Positions 28,626-41,479 of a stretch of 64,000 bases of DNA are shown here, in pieces. The DNA lies in contig OX597817.1 of NCBI GenBank assembly GCA_951406725.2, positions 171,492,001-171,556,000 on the forward strand, written 5' to 3'. The notes below the pieces were generated by a model that was not told where the DNA came from, made no database searches, and saw only the letters and a list, made by a program, of their open reading frames with translations. This stretch comes from Octopus vulgaris. Its lineage: Eukaryota. Both the position numbers and the translations under genes were made by a program. The first letter of the stretch is position 1. The number at the start of each line of letters is the position of its first letter.

Positions 28626-29227
28626 TACATATATATACTTGAGCTGGTCCCATGTAAAAAGGCACCCAGTACACACTGTAAAGTGGTTGGCATCAGGAAG
28701 GGCATCCAGCCATAGAAACCATGTCAACACAGATAATGAATGGAGACTGGTGCAGCCCTCTGGCTTGCTAGCTCTGGTCAAGCCATCTAATGTATGCTAG
28801 CATAGAAAACAGATGTAAAGGATAATGATGACGGTGATGTCAGTGAAGATGAGGATATATGTGTGTATGTATGTGTGAATTTCTCAAGTCCACAACATAT
28901 GTTAGTTCACTGATTTGTAAACAATGGCTTCGTTAATGGCGTTGTTTGCTTGCAGTCCACTGTGGGAGAATGTCCAGGATTCTTGATATGTTGTGCGATC
29001 ATTGTAAACAAAAAGCTTGTTTCAGTGTTGGTTGTTTCTACTTCTCCACATGAACATGTCTGAACTGTTAGCTGTTCAATAAACTAGGAGATAATAACCT
29101 TACTTAGAAACAGGAGGTTGGCAACAAGAAGGACATGCAGCTGTAGAAAAAAACCTGACTCCAACATTTTCTTGTCTGTTCCAAGCTTGCATGGATCAGA
29201 AAAGTAGGTGTTATATATATATATATG

Positions 29228-29540
29228 TGGAGGTGCAATGGCCTAGTGGTTAGGGTAGTGGACTTGCAGTCGTAGGATCGTGGTTTCGATTCCCAGATTG
29301 GGTGTTGTGACTGTTTATTGAGCGAAAACACCTAAAGCTCCACAAGGCTCCGGCAGGTGATGGTGGCGATCCCTGCTGTATTCTTTCGTCACAACTTTCT
29401 CTCACTCTTTCTTCTGTTGGCCAGCTTGCTTAGCCAGCGGGGTGGCATCATTTGAAGGCTAAAACAATGCGAAGCGCATTGTCACCAGCGATGTGTAACA
29501 ACATCTGATAGCCTGGTCAGTCACAGTGATCACGGTGATA
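29228..29540 (+). mobile_element. tRNA-derived SINE (D-related subfamily)
   Basis: TGGCCTAGTGG / GTTTCGATTCC boxes. Reverse copy at 41678-41975 and a relative at 44392-44682. Confidence 0.8.
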
Positions 29541-29989
29541 TATATATATATATATATACACACATACATACATATATATACTGGAGCTGGTCTCATGTAA
29601 AAAGGCGCCCAGTACACACTAGTACCTATTTTATTGACCCTGAAAGGATGAAATGCATAGTCGACCTCAGCAGAATTTGAACTCAGAACATAGTGAAAGA
29701 TGAAATATTGCTAAGCAATATTGTCATCATTGTTAACGATTTTGACAATGATGATGATGAAGATGATGAAGATGATGACAATGATGATGATGATGAGGAC
29801 GAAGATGATATGTAGAGCATTTTCCAGGCCATGGTGTCAATATTCATAATCAGTGTCACAACATTCAGTATATCTCTGTATTATAGTTTCATCACTCTTA
29901 GCATTGCCAACAGTATAATGTATGCTTCATTAGCAGTGATGAAAGATGGGGCTAGGGTCTAAAAGGCTGAAATAGTCTTTTCTAAAATA

Positions 29990-30970
29990 TTTATCAGCGA
30001 GTGAAGCACTGTTGATACCAAAAGGTAATATTTATCGCCCCTTAAAATGTTGTGTCAGAACACAGAATACTGTATTATTTACCATGTAAGAAACTATCAT
30101 ATTGGCTTTCAAGGTGGCGAGTTGGCAGAAACGTTAGCGCGCCGGGTGAAATGCTAAGCGGTATTTTGTCTGCCACTACGTTCTGAGTTCAAATTCTGCC
30201 AAGGTTGACTTTGCCTTTCAACCTTTTGGGGTTCATTAAATAAGTACCAGTTACACACTGGGGTCGATATAATCGACTTCATCTGTTTGTCTGTCCTTGT
30301 TTGTCCTCTCTGTGTTTAGCCCCTTGTGGGCAGTAAAGAAATAAGAAACTGTCATACCGGCTTTTGGGCATATAAGCACTCTTGTTTACATAACTAGTGG
30401 GAGATAAACCACCTGCCATTGTTATAACCAAGACAACGAGATCACATGAGTTTGGCCTTCCCTGGCTTTTTCAATGTAGATTCTTGGACACTGGAAATAG
30501 CAGTGATATCTCTGCTAGCAATATACATAGAATCACTGTGCCTAAACAGGCACCAAAGATGCAAATAGCCAGTGAGCTTATTAAAAAGTAATTATTAACA
30601 CCAAAAGCAGTATTAATCCCAAAAGGTAGTATTTATCCCCACTTAAAAGTGGATGTTAGGTTAGAAAGCAGAATACTGAGATGGTTACCATGAAATAACT
30701 CTCATATTGTCCTTCAGTGCATATAAGCACAATTGTTTCCTTTGCTAGCAGGGAGATAAATCACATGCAATGGCCACCACTAAGACAACCAGTTCCCATG
30801 ATTTCAACCTTCCCTGGCTTTGTCAATGGTGGATGCTTGGATGCTGGAAATAGCAGTGATATCTCTGCTAACAATATACATAGAATCACTGTGCCTAAAC
30901 AGGTGCACTTGTCACGAATATCCAGTGGACTTATTAAAAGATGATCATTAGCAAACAGAAGCAGTATTAT
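29990..30970. repeat. Tandem repeat, ~351-353-bp period, about two units, interrupted by a SINE
   Basis: TATAAGCAC at 30371 and 30722; CCAAAAGGTA.TATTTATC at ~30019 and ~30619. Confidence 0.85.
30111..30343 (+). mobile_element. SINE family B inserted into a ~353-bp tandem array
   Basis: Full head and tail, with TSD-like AAGAAACT(A/G)TCATA..GGCTTT on both sides. Confidence 0.85.
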
Positions 30971-31164
30971 CTATCTTTTAGCCAGGAAGGAAAAGCAATG
31001 CTTCAGGGACTCTTTATTGGAAGCTGTCATTGGATGAAGGAAGGAAAATGTCCTCAAGCTGGAACCCTGGTCCAAATGCTTGCACAAAGTACTGTCCACC
31101 AATGCCAAAGAAGGTACCAAGAAATGGTGCTAAACCAGGCAATTAAATCTATTACCTGAATAAT

Positions 31165-31397
31165 TATTTCTTTATTGCCCGCAAGAGGCTAAACATAGAG
31201 GGGACAAACAAGGACAGACAAAGGGCTTAAGTCGATTACATCAACCCCAGTGTGTAACTGGTACTTAATTTATCCACTCCGAAAGGATGAAAGGCAAAGT
31301 CGACCTCGGCGGAATTTGAACTCAGAACGTAATGGCAGACGAAATACCGCTAAGCATTTCGCCCTGCATGCTAACGATTCTGCCAACTCGCCGCCTT
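31165..31397 (-). mobile_element. SINE family B, full length
   Basis: TSD TATTACCTGAATA on both flanks. Confidence 0.85.
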
Positions 31398-31893
31398 AAT
31401 TATTACCTGAATAGCATTAAGCCTATTACCTTGGCATTATGAGTCTATTACCTTGGCATTTTTAGTTCAAATTCAAGCAGAGTTTGAATCCATAATGCAA
31501 AAAATGCTAGGACAAATCTATATTTTCTAAACATTGCAATTAATTGATTTTAATTATATTTGAGTAATCTCTTCAGTTTGTTGTTTTTTATATTTTGTTT
31601 TTGTATCAAATACTTTTACAGGGAATTTTTGTCTAGTAATTTTAACAGATAATGTCATTTAATCAAAATGTTTCATTTCACTGGATATCACATATTCAAG
31701 TCCACTGTATTTCTCTTCCCCAGAGGTATCTTCCCTCTGGCCATATTGTCGACATTCATAATCATCATCACCACCACCACCACCACTACCACCATTACCA
31801 TTGCCATCCCCATCTCCCATCCTCATCCTCATCAAAACAAGTGTCATCATCTTCCTCATCGTTGTCGTCATTGTCATTGTTATCACCATAATG

Positions 31894-31943
<50 letters not shown>

Positions 31944-32204
31944 CACCACTATCATCATCATCATTGCCCTCATCATCATCATCATCATAATCACCACTAT
32001 CATCATCATTGTCATTATCATCACCATCATCATTGCCAACATCAGCATCAGCAGCAGCAGCACCGGCACCACCACCACTACCACCATTAGCGCCACCACC
32101 ACCACCACCATCATTGCCAACATCACTGTGATCACCATCAGCATGCTCATCATCATCATCATCCTCATCATCAGCCTACCCACCTCTATCATATTCAAAG
32201 TTTT

Positions 32205-32279
<75 letters not shown>

Positions 32280-33328
32280 GATCCCTCCTATATATGCAAT
32301 ATGAAATCCCTACCACGTTTCCCCTCAGCCGTATTGTTGATAGCTATAAACACCATCATTACATTTAACCTATTTCCGCGTGTATTGATCACTTTATTAA
32401 ATACATAAGACCCTCACACATTTTCCTCGCAGACATGTTGCTTATGGTGATGATGATGATGATGATGTGGAAGAGGAGGATGGTCTATGGTGGAAGCAGC
32501 AGAAGCAGGGGCATCATCATCATCATCATCATCATCACCACCACCATCGTCACTATTACATTGAAGCTATTTCTACATATATATTGATCCCTATATTACA
32601 TGTATGAGACCCTACCATATGCTCCCTCAACCATATTATAGATCACCATCACCATCAGCATCATCATCATCATCAGCATCATCACCACCACTATCATCAT
32701 CATTACCATCACCACTACTGCTGCCACCATCATCATTACCATCGTTACATTCAATCTACTTCTATTTACATATTGACCCCTATATTGTGAGACCCTAACG
32801 TATTTTCCCCCCTCACCTGTATTGTAGATGTTCATCATCCTCATCATCATCATCGTCATCATCACTATCAACATAATCCTCATCTCCACCATCATCATCA
32901 TGATCATGATGAAAATGATTCCCATCTTCGTTGACATCATCATCATCGTCATTATCATCAGCACCCGCATCATCATCAACATCATCGTCATCACCACCAT
33001 CACCATTGCTACCGCTACTGTCATGATCATGATGAAGATGATCGTCATCGTTGTTGTCATCGTCATCACATTCAATCTCTATATATATATGTATATGTAT
33101 ATATATATGTATATATATGTATATATATATATATTGATCCCTAACGTATTTCTCCCTCACCCATATTGTAGACATTCATCATCATCATCATCATTTGAGA
33201 AACATTGGATAACATAGTTCTTGATACAATGTCTGTAATAAAAATGGGCATCTCATAGTATCTGTCTATCTATCTATCTATCTATCTATCTGTCTATCTA
33301 TCTATCTACCTACCTATCTATCTATCCA

Positions 33329-33430
<102 letters not shown>

Positions 33431-33876
33431 CATGTTTATATATATATATATATACACATACACTGATCACTAGCTTCAATAAATATGGAATGCCTGCCAT
33501 ACTTTCTCTCAGCAATATTGTTGATATCCATAAACAGTTTTTATGGAGGTGTACTTGCAAGGCAAGTGTTTTGATCTGAGGCTATGTGTTGAAACTGAAA
33601 TGATTTGCAGTAGGGAAATAGCCATTCAGAAACACACAAAGGCTGTTAACTTCGCTTAAAAATTTATTGTTTGTAATATGGTGTCAAAATATTTGTTCCT
33701 CCAATTGTGACCTGGTCACTGACAACGTTTGTAACTGCTTTGTTGTTTAACCTCAGGTAAGCTTAGAATTAACAGGAATTGCTCATATTCCTATACACAA
33801 AGGCATTTCGTTGGAAATGTCTTTGCGCATAGGAGTAGGATACAATGTATAGGACAAGATGAGCATTCTATCTTCC

Positions 33877-34076
33877 ACCTTTCAGCATTCAGATCACTCT
33901 GTCAAAAGTAATGCTTATTTATTCACATTGTTTTGTATCAACCATGCATTATGTCATAGCTTTGAGGTTTCAATGACATTGTAGGGTAGGTGTGAGGAGC
34001 TGAATACAGCCAGTTTGAACATAAAGCAAGCAGAATATTTTGGCCGGATATGGACAGTTTAAATGCTAAAGGGTTG
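33877..34076. mobile_element. Degenerate piggyBac-like MITE (partial copy also at ~17065-17127)
   Basis: Short TIR-like ends CCTTTCAGCATT ... AATGCTAAAGGG with a TTAA-like flank. The right end recurs at ~17065-17127 ending GAGTTAA. Confidence 0.5.
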
Positions 34077-34807
34077 ATATAAGCAGTGTTTCAAGAATTA
34101 CTTTTCTTTTCAAATGATATTTTCTTTTATCTTTTGCTTGTTTCAGTCACTGGACTGCAGCCATGCTGGGGCACTGCGTTGAATGGATTAGATGAACAAA
34201 CTGAGAACCAATACTTAGACTTTATGTTCAGTTCTTACCCTATTGGTCTCTTTTATCAAACTTCTAAGTTATGACGGCATAAAGCAACACTGGTCATCAA
34301 GTGATGGTGAAGGATGGACAAACACAGTTAAAAAGACACATGCATGTGTGTGCGCGCACACACACACTCAGATGTTTAGATGTATGCATGTGTATGCGTG
34401 TGTCCTATACAGAGGACAATTTTGATTATTTTACTACAGTTACAAATTGTGAAGCACAGCTGTTGGTTAATACTGCTACTATATAAACCTGAAGATTGCA
34501 GAAAGCATGAAAGTACTTGCATTATCATAAAAATGTAATATTGTAAAATTATAAAACATACAAAAATAAAAGGAGAAACTCAAACTATGTTGGAATTTCA
34601 TTGACTAATATATCTACCTGTACACAATCATACCATTCCTAATATATATATATATATATATTACTCTGTAGTATTGTTACTACTTACTTCTCACACAGAG
34701 ATTTAAAACTAATTGTTTTCATCTCTATGAGATCAGTAACTGTGTGTCACTTTAAAAGTATATACTTCGAGTAAGGTTTAGTGCTGCTATCTCTAACCAA
34801 AGGTTAT

Positions 34808-34852
34808 CCTGTGCTGATGAAGAGAAATAACTCAGAAACCATGGTCTTTAGG
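34808..34852 (+). ncRNA. Minimal type I hammerhead ribozyme motif, copy 1 (core intact, stem I weakened)
   Basis: CCTGTG-CTGATGA-aGAG aaataa CTCa-GAAA-C CATG G-TC-tttagg: both catalytic boxes, stem II, a short stem III with palindromic CATG loop, and a GUC cleavage triplet. Confidence 0.7.
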
Positions 34853-35154
34853 TGCCATTTAAGGCTGAGAGGGGACATTAGCTCCCTTGTTCGAGGTATA
34901 AGGATGCAGATGTGCATTGGTAGCCAGCTGGAAAAGATGTTTTCCTGGGGCTAAAAAAGGTAGTAACATCGTCCTAATCAGGACTGCCACATCACATTGG
35001 CAAATAGATTTTACTCTGTAAGACCGTTACAAACTTCTTGCTCAGAGATTTAAAACTAATTATTTTCCTCTCTATGAGATCAGTGATTGTGTGTCACTTT
35101 TAAAGTATATAGCTTGAGCAAGATCTCGTGCTATCGTTTCTAGCCAGCAGTTAG

Positions 35155-35190
35155 CCTGTGCTAATGAACAGAAATAACCATGGTCCACAG
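35155..35190 (+). ncRNA. Hammerhead motif, copy 2 (core mutated and partly deleted, stem I intact)
   Basis: CCTGTG-CTAATGA-acagaaataa-CCATGG-TC-CACAG: CTGTG/CACAG pair perfectly, but there is a G>A change in CTGATGA and the CTCAGAAA segment is lost. Confidence 0.55.
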
Positions 35191-35360
35191 TTATCGCTTA
35201 AGGCTGAGTGGGGACATTAACACCCATTTTCAAAGTATAAGAATGCAGTTGTGTGTTGGTAGCCAGCTGGAAAAGATGTTTCCTGTGGTTAAAAAAAAAG
35301 ATAGTAACATTGTTCTAATCAAGACTGTCACTTTATGTTGACAAATAGATTTGACTATAC

Positions 35361-35442
<82 letters not shown>

Positions 35443-35821
35443 TGATAATAATTGTAACAAGGATTCAGATAGAATCTAATACTTGAAAAGATGTACACCA
35501 GGTAGGGTTGGATAAACCTATGGTCACTGCCTATGATTAATAGATATCAAATAGGGTTGTGTACACAGAGAAAACCAACCATGTGAGTATTTAGCACATA
35601 GGGACTGGTCCAAAGCACAGATTACATTGATTGTACATTGTTGGTAGTCTCCAGGGTGTCTGACATGTCGTAAATCCCTATGGTGTATTATAATCAAATG
35701 AATAGGCGATTATCCATCATCTGTTATTATTAATTTGATTTTATATATATATATCAATATATATATACATGTATATATCTACAAATATATGTATAAGAAA
35801 ATATATATACATATATATCTA

Positions 35822-35854
<33 letters not shown>

Positions 35855-35899
35855 GCATACATATGCATGTATATATATATAGGTATATGTATATATCTA

Positions 35900-35970
<71 letters not shown>

Positions 35971-35982
35971 ACATACATATAC

Positions 35983-36038
<56 letters not shown>

Positions 36039-36065
36039 TCATATCATCATCATTTAACATGATGA

Positions 36066-36116
<51 letters not shown>

Positions 36117-36532
36117 TATATATATGTACATACACACACAAAGATATGATGAACTTTATAGCTTTTGTCTACAAGATTCAGTGACAAGGCATTAGTCAAT
36201 CTGGGGTCATAGTAGAAGACACTTGGCCAAGATGCTGTAGAGTGGGACTGAACCCAAAACTATGTGGTTGCAAAGTAAGCTTCTTAACCACACAGTCCTG
36301 TCTGTGCCTGTTGCTATTGGTGATGAGGAGGAATAAGAGGAGATGGATGAGCATTATCGTCATTGACATAGACAAGAGACTACGAGAACCCCATCTTTAT
36401 TAAAGTAGTGTATAAAGGACTATATTATCCAATGTGTCCTTTGTTTTTTAACTCAGTTATCTATAATTTGGTAGAAATTTGATCACAAAAATGGCTGTCT
36501 TATTGGCTTGTATTCTAAACATTAGATATATA

Positions 36533-36898
36533 CTAGCAGTATCGCCTGGCTTTGCTCGGGTTTGTTTTGACCCTTTAGAATTAGAATTGTAGCTTGTTAT
36601 TCTCTTTAAGTGAACATTTTTCTGGTTGAAATACACCAAAAAATGGTGACACAGCAGTCAAAAAATCATAAAAAATAGGGATTTTCATAGAAAAAAAGCA
36701 CCTTTTTGATGTAAATAATTTTTAGTGTTAACATGGTCCGGTTTGAAGTTTTTCTTCTACAGAAGGAAGAGCAATCCTTCTTCTATCATACTCTCAATTT
36801 TGGTCAACTTGCGCTGCAGGGTCTTGGAGGAGATAGTGTTAGTTGAAGGCTACCAAACCTGCCATACACAGACAACTTCAGCTTTATATATATAGAGA
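36533..36898 (-). mobile_element. Non-autonomous Helitron
   Basis: Minus strand begins a|TCTCTATATATATAAAGCTG and ends with an imperfect GC hairpin (CCCGAGCAAAGCCAGG) followed by CTAG|t. Inserted at A^T with no TSD. Confidence 0.8.
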
Positions 36899-38422
36899 TT
36901 ACATGATTCTGTAAAACAATTTCACAATAACTTTAATTCATACATGAAAATATATGTGCAATATCTTGTTGAATGGTTGCCAACATTGCCATGGATGTAG
37001 TTTAGTATTTCATATCAGTGGATATTTAGGGATTAGAAGCAGAATTAATATCTAACCTGGATAATCAAATTTTGAATCAGTTAGAGTTAATAACCTTTGA
37101 TTCTTAATCATGTATGCTTGCTTTTTAGAAAGGCAAACAGAATTGTTATGCAGCAGGGAGTGAGAGGCATTTACTTAGAAACAAGAAATCTATTGGATAT
37201 TTTGTCCCTTACCTCCATGATATGACATCTGTAAGATTAGATTAAATTGTTATTATTCTGTCCTCCATCTGTATCCCCAGATGGAGGAGACAAATGTGAA
37301 TTAAATAATGATTTATTCTAGCTGCATGCTATTTATTTCAGTATCAATCTATGTATAGGCTTCGTACTACGAAGAGAAAAGATGTTTATTAAATTAGTTA
37401 AGTTTTGGGCTGCATTAAAAGCACTGAAACTAATACTTGTCAGTGGTGATTCTGAAGTATTTTTATCCTTTGGGCATTGATGATTAATTGATCACCAGAC
37501 TGCGAAATGGTCAAGTTATTAGAGTGTTAGAGAGAATGCTTTGCAGCATTCATTCAAAGTCTCTGCACTCTGGGTTCAAACCCTACTGAGGCCAACTTTT
37601 TTATCTTGTCAGAGTTGATTTAAAAAAAAAAGTACTAATCTATGGCAGTGAACTGGCAGATCTGCAAGGCTATGGGACCAGATGCCTTGAGGTGTTTGCT
37701 TCAGTTCTTTATATTCTAAGTTCAAATCCGGCTATGGTCTACATGGGTAGCAGACATAATCCATTGCCTGGGTTAACATCAACACCTGACCCCTTGGATG
37801 CCTTCTCTAAAGTTTGCCCTGTAATAAGCATTTTCTTAGGTCTCTGGTTTGTGGGTACCTTCCTCCTTTCAGTTTTGGGGGTTCCTGTATCTAGTCCTGG
37901 CTGGGCCCTGCTTACCCCGCTGACTAAAAAAAATGAGAAGAAAGTAAAAAGTAACAACTTAGTTGTATTTTTGTTATCAGAGCTGTACAGTATCCATGAT
38001 CAAAGCAGCTGTTCTATCCATTTAACTTGCACTCCAGAGGTTACAACAATGAAGGTTCCAGTTGGTTCAATCAACAGAACAGCCAGCTCATTAAATTAAC
38101 ATGAAGTGGTTGAGCACTTCACAAACACACGTACACTTAATGTAGTTCTCAAGGGAGATTCAGCATGACATAGAATGTAACAAAGCTGGCCCTTTGAATT
38201 ACAGGTACTAATCATTGTAGCCAGCTGAGTTGACTGGAGCAACTTGAAATAGAGTGTCTTGCTCAAGGACATTATGTGCTGCCAGGAATCAAACTCATGA
38301 CCTATAATTGGGAACTGAATACCATAGTCCCTGAGTCACATGCCTTCACTCTTATTCACTTATTAAAAAGCTCAAACCATCCAGATCTTGTCAATGAGTG
38401 AATCTACCAAATAAGTTAAGTA

Positions 38423-38681
38423 TTGGGTTGTCCGTAAAGTTTGTGCCGACTTTTAAAGGAAAGAAAAAGGTCAATAAATACTTGCCATTACATTTTTAAT
38501 CAGCCAAATATAACCATTTTGTTGCACAATGCGTCTCCATCTTTCCTTTAACTTGAAAATACCCTCTTCCCAGAATTGAGGTGGTTTCATGGCAAAGAAT
38601 TTATCAAGGTATCTTTTTACGCCATCCAAGGAATTGAAATTTTTACCATTAAGACTATTCTGCAGAGACCTGAATAAGTGG
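38423..38681 (-). mobile_element. Mariner 3' fragment with one TIR
   Basis: HLFRSLQNSLNGKNF...FWEEGIFKLKERWRRIVQQNGY, with TA-TTGGGTTGTCC terminus. Confidence 0.85.
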
Positions 38682-38919
38682 TTGCATAAGTGTGTTCTAC
38701 TATAGCCCCAAGCTGACCAAAGCCTTATGAGTAGATTTAGTAAAGGTACTGAAAGAAACCCATCACACATGAGTGTATATGCTGTGTTTGTTTTATGTTT
38801 GTCCCACACAATTACTTGACAATCAGTGTTTGTTTGCATCCCCATAATTTAGTGGTTTGGTATAAGACACCAAAAGAACAAGCGCTGGGTTAAAAAAAAA
38901 AACAAAGAGAAAAAAAGCT

Positions 38920-39093
38920 ATAGGCACAGGCATGGCTGCGGGATAAGAAGTTTGCTTCCCAACCACATGGTTTTGGGTTCAGTCCCACTGCATGACCCCT
39001 TTGGCAAGTGTCTTCTATTATAGCTTTGGGCCTACCAAAGCCTTGTGAGTGGATTTGGTAGATGGAAACTGAAAGAAGCCCGTCGTATATATG

Positions 39094-39132
<39 letters not shown>

Positions 39133-39330
39133 CTGTGTTTGTCCCCTCCCCTCCATTGCTTAACAACTGATGCTGGTGCGTTTATGTCCCCGTAACTTAG
39201 CAGTTCAGCAAAAGAAACTGATAGATTAAGTACTAGGCTTACAAAGAATAAGTCCTGGGGTCGATTTGTTTGACTGAAGGTGGTGCTCCAGCATGGCCAC
39301 AGTCAAATGACTGAAACAAGTAAAAGGTAA
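38920..39330 (+). mobile_element. SINE family A, full length
   Basis: Homology to other copies. Confidence 0.85.
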
Positions 39331-39335
39331 ATAAT

Positions 39336-39775
39336 AAAGATATGAACAGAAAAGAGACCTCTTCTGGTTTTGTTGATTCAATAATTCGGTAGTGTTTAAA
39401 CAACATGTGCTCTGGATGTAGGACAGAATTCAGAGACAGAGATAAAAACAGATCTTAATTTACAACTTGACGGTCAGTGTTTGTTTGCATCCCCATAATT
39501 TAAGACACTGTTAAAGATACCAATAGAACAAATACCAGGCTTTGAAAAATAAGTACTTGAAGTGATTTGTTTAACAAAACACTTCAAGGTGATCATCCAG
39601 CACTGTCGCAGTCATATGACTGAAACAAGTAAAAGGGAAAGCATAAAGATATGAACAGAAAATAGGCCTCTTCTGATTCTGTTGGTACAATAATTCAGTA
39701 GTATTTAGACAGCATGTGGTTTGAATGTTGAACAGCATTCAGAGACAGACCTTAAAACAGATCTTGATTTACAAT
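39336..39775. repeat. Diverged direct duplication, ~309-bp period (old SINE A tail plus unique flank)
   Basis: TAAAGATATGAACAGAAAA at 39336 and 39645. Confidence 0.8.
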
Positions 39776-40828
39776 GTCAACTAAGGCAAAGTTTACATAA
39801 ATGTGTTGCAAGAAAGTATACGCATACGTTCTTGTTTTATAAAGATTACTGAATAATTTGTAATGTAGAAAGTGCTTTTGTTTGTTGTTTATAAGTCAGT
39901 GTGTGAATGTAGATAATGGTCTGAAAAGGGGAAAAAACCCCCCAGATAATGTACACTTTTTTAAACTGTTAGAGATAGATGCACCAAAAGATTTCTCAAT
40001 CAACTTCAACATTGTAAAAGACATGTTGAAGCTGAAGGGGAGTGAATTCTGTTGAAGCAAAGAAAAGAGCAAATGGCTCTTTAAAAGAGATAGAGATTGA
40101 GAGAAAGCTGTCTTTGTCACAATCTTTATCTAGAAAAATAGAGAGAGAGGGAGATGGAAAGGAAGAGAAAGGGAGAAAAAAAAAGACAGCAAGAAATAAG
40201 GCAGTTTATTCATGGTCGTTTGAGTGAAAATGAGCGAGAGGAAGAGAGAGAGAGAAGAGACAGAGACAGAGGGAGAGAGAGAACAGTTTGATTTTTGTTT
40301 AAATAGCTTAGATGGTTGATAAATTACTTTCCTTTGATTGGCCCAAATAATGCACATGGCTAAAGTATAAAACACTAAAATATTTCCAGAAAACGAGGTC
40401 ACTACAAGTCAAAAATATCAATATTTATTGTTTCTTTCCTTCACAGTTACACACACACACACACACACTATATATATATATATATAATATATATACATAC
40501 ATACACACACACACATATATATATGTACATACACACATAAACACACACCCATATATTCACATATTTTTTGTATGCAATCTTGAGATTACTGGCTCTGAAA
40601 ATTTAGATATTTCAATAGATTTTTGGGTGACAGGTTGTTTGGTAGCCCTCCTGGCATTGTATGCTGTAGTTAAGAAAGAGTAGTATTTACTTTGTCACTA
40701 AATCAATGGGGCATTTGGTACAGAGTGTTTCAGGGACAGTTTGAATATCAGTTGCTAGTATTTATGATTAAACCCTCAAAGTGATCAGTGATTTTCCTTG
40801 TTGTTAAGGTCTACATTTTATATATATA

Positions 40829-41222
40829 CCCTTTTACTTGTTTCAGTCATGTGACTGTGGCCGTGCTGGAGCACCGCCTTTAGTCGAGCAAATTGCCCCC
40901 GGACTTATTCTTTGTAAGCCTAGTACTTATTCTATCGGTCTCTTTTGCCGAACCACTACATTACGGGGACGTAAGCACGCCAGCATCGGTTGTCAAGCGA
41001 TGTGGGGACAAACACAGACACACAAACATATACACGCACATACATATATATATATACATTTATACGATGGGCTTCTTTCAGTTTCCATCTACCAAATCCA
41101 CTCGCAAGGCTTTGGTCGGCCCGAGGCTATAGTAGCAGACACTTGCCCAAGGTGCCACACAGTGGGACTGGACCTGGAAGCATGTGATTGGTAAACAAGT
41201 TACTTACCACACAGCCACTCCT
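40829..41222 (-). mobile_element. SINE family A, full length
   Basis: Homology to other copies. Confidence 0.85.
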
Positions 41223-41247
41223 ATACATATATATATATATAACAATA

Positions 41248-41479
41248 AGGCGGCGAGCTGGCAGAAACGTTAGCACGCCGGGCGAAATTCGTAGCCGTAT
41301 TTCGTCTGTCGTTGCGTTCCGAGTTCAAATTCCGCCGAGGTCGACTTTACCTTTCATCCTTTCGGGGTCGATAAATTATGTACCAGTTACGCACTGGGGT
41401 TGATATAATCGACTTAATCCCTTTGTCTGTCCTTGTTTGTCCCCTCTGTGTTTAGCCCCTTGTGGGTAGTAAAGAAATA
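41248..41479 (+). mobile_element. SINE family B, young copy
   Basis: CpG-rich full-length copy. Further decayed copies at ~6077-6480, ~7100-7310, ~51180-51392 and ~51545-52030. Confidence 0.85.

Larger units (their letters stand above)
34661..35357 (+). mobile_element. Head-to-tail dimer of a ~350-bp unit with hammerhead ribozyme motifs (candidate non-LTR retrozyme or Penelope-like pLTR derivative)
   Basis: Unit 1 is 34661-35010 and unit 2 is 35011-~35351; both start TTACTCTGTA and align along their whole length. Flanked by (TA)n on the left and (AAT)n on the right. No ORF. Confidence 0.7.

Noticed and set aside
29228-29300. tRNA-like sequences here and at ~4525, ~41900-41975, ~42335-42408 and ~44392
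   Set aside because: SINE heads: the A/B boxes continue into SINE bodies and there is no clean cloverleaf.
31652-33217. CRISPR-like repeat/spacer appearance and long Ile/Met/His ORFs
   Set aside because: Eukaryotic DNA, degenerate repeats, microsatellite spacers and no cas genes; the ORFs are repeat translations.
37739-37957. 72-aa minus-strand ORF behind an acceptor-like pyrimidine tract
   Set aside because: Sits between SINE fragments, has no convincing phase link to the host gene and no recognisable motif; more likely a repeat fragment.
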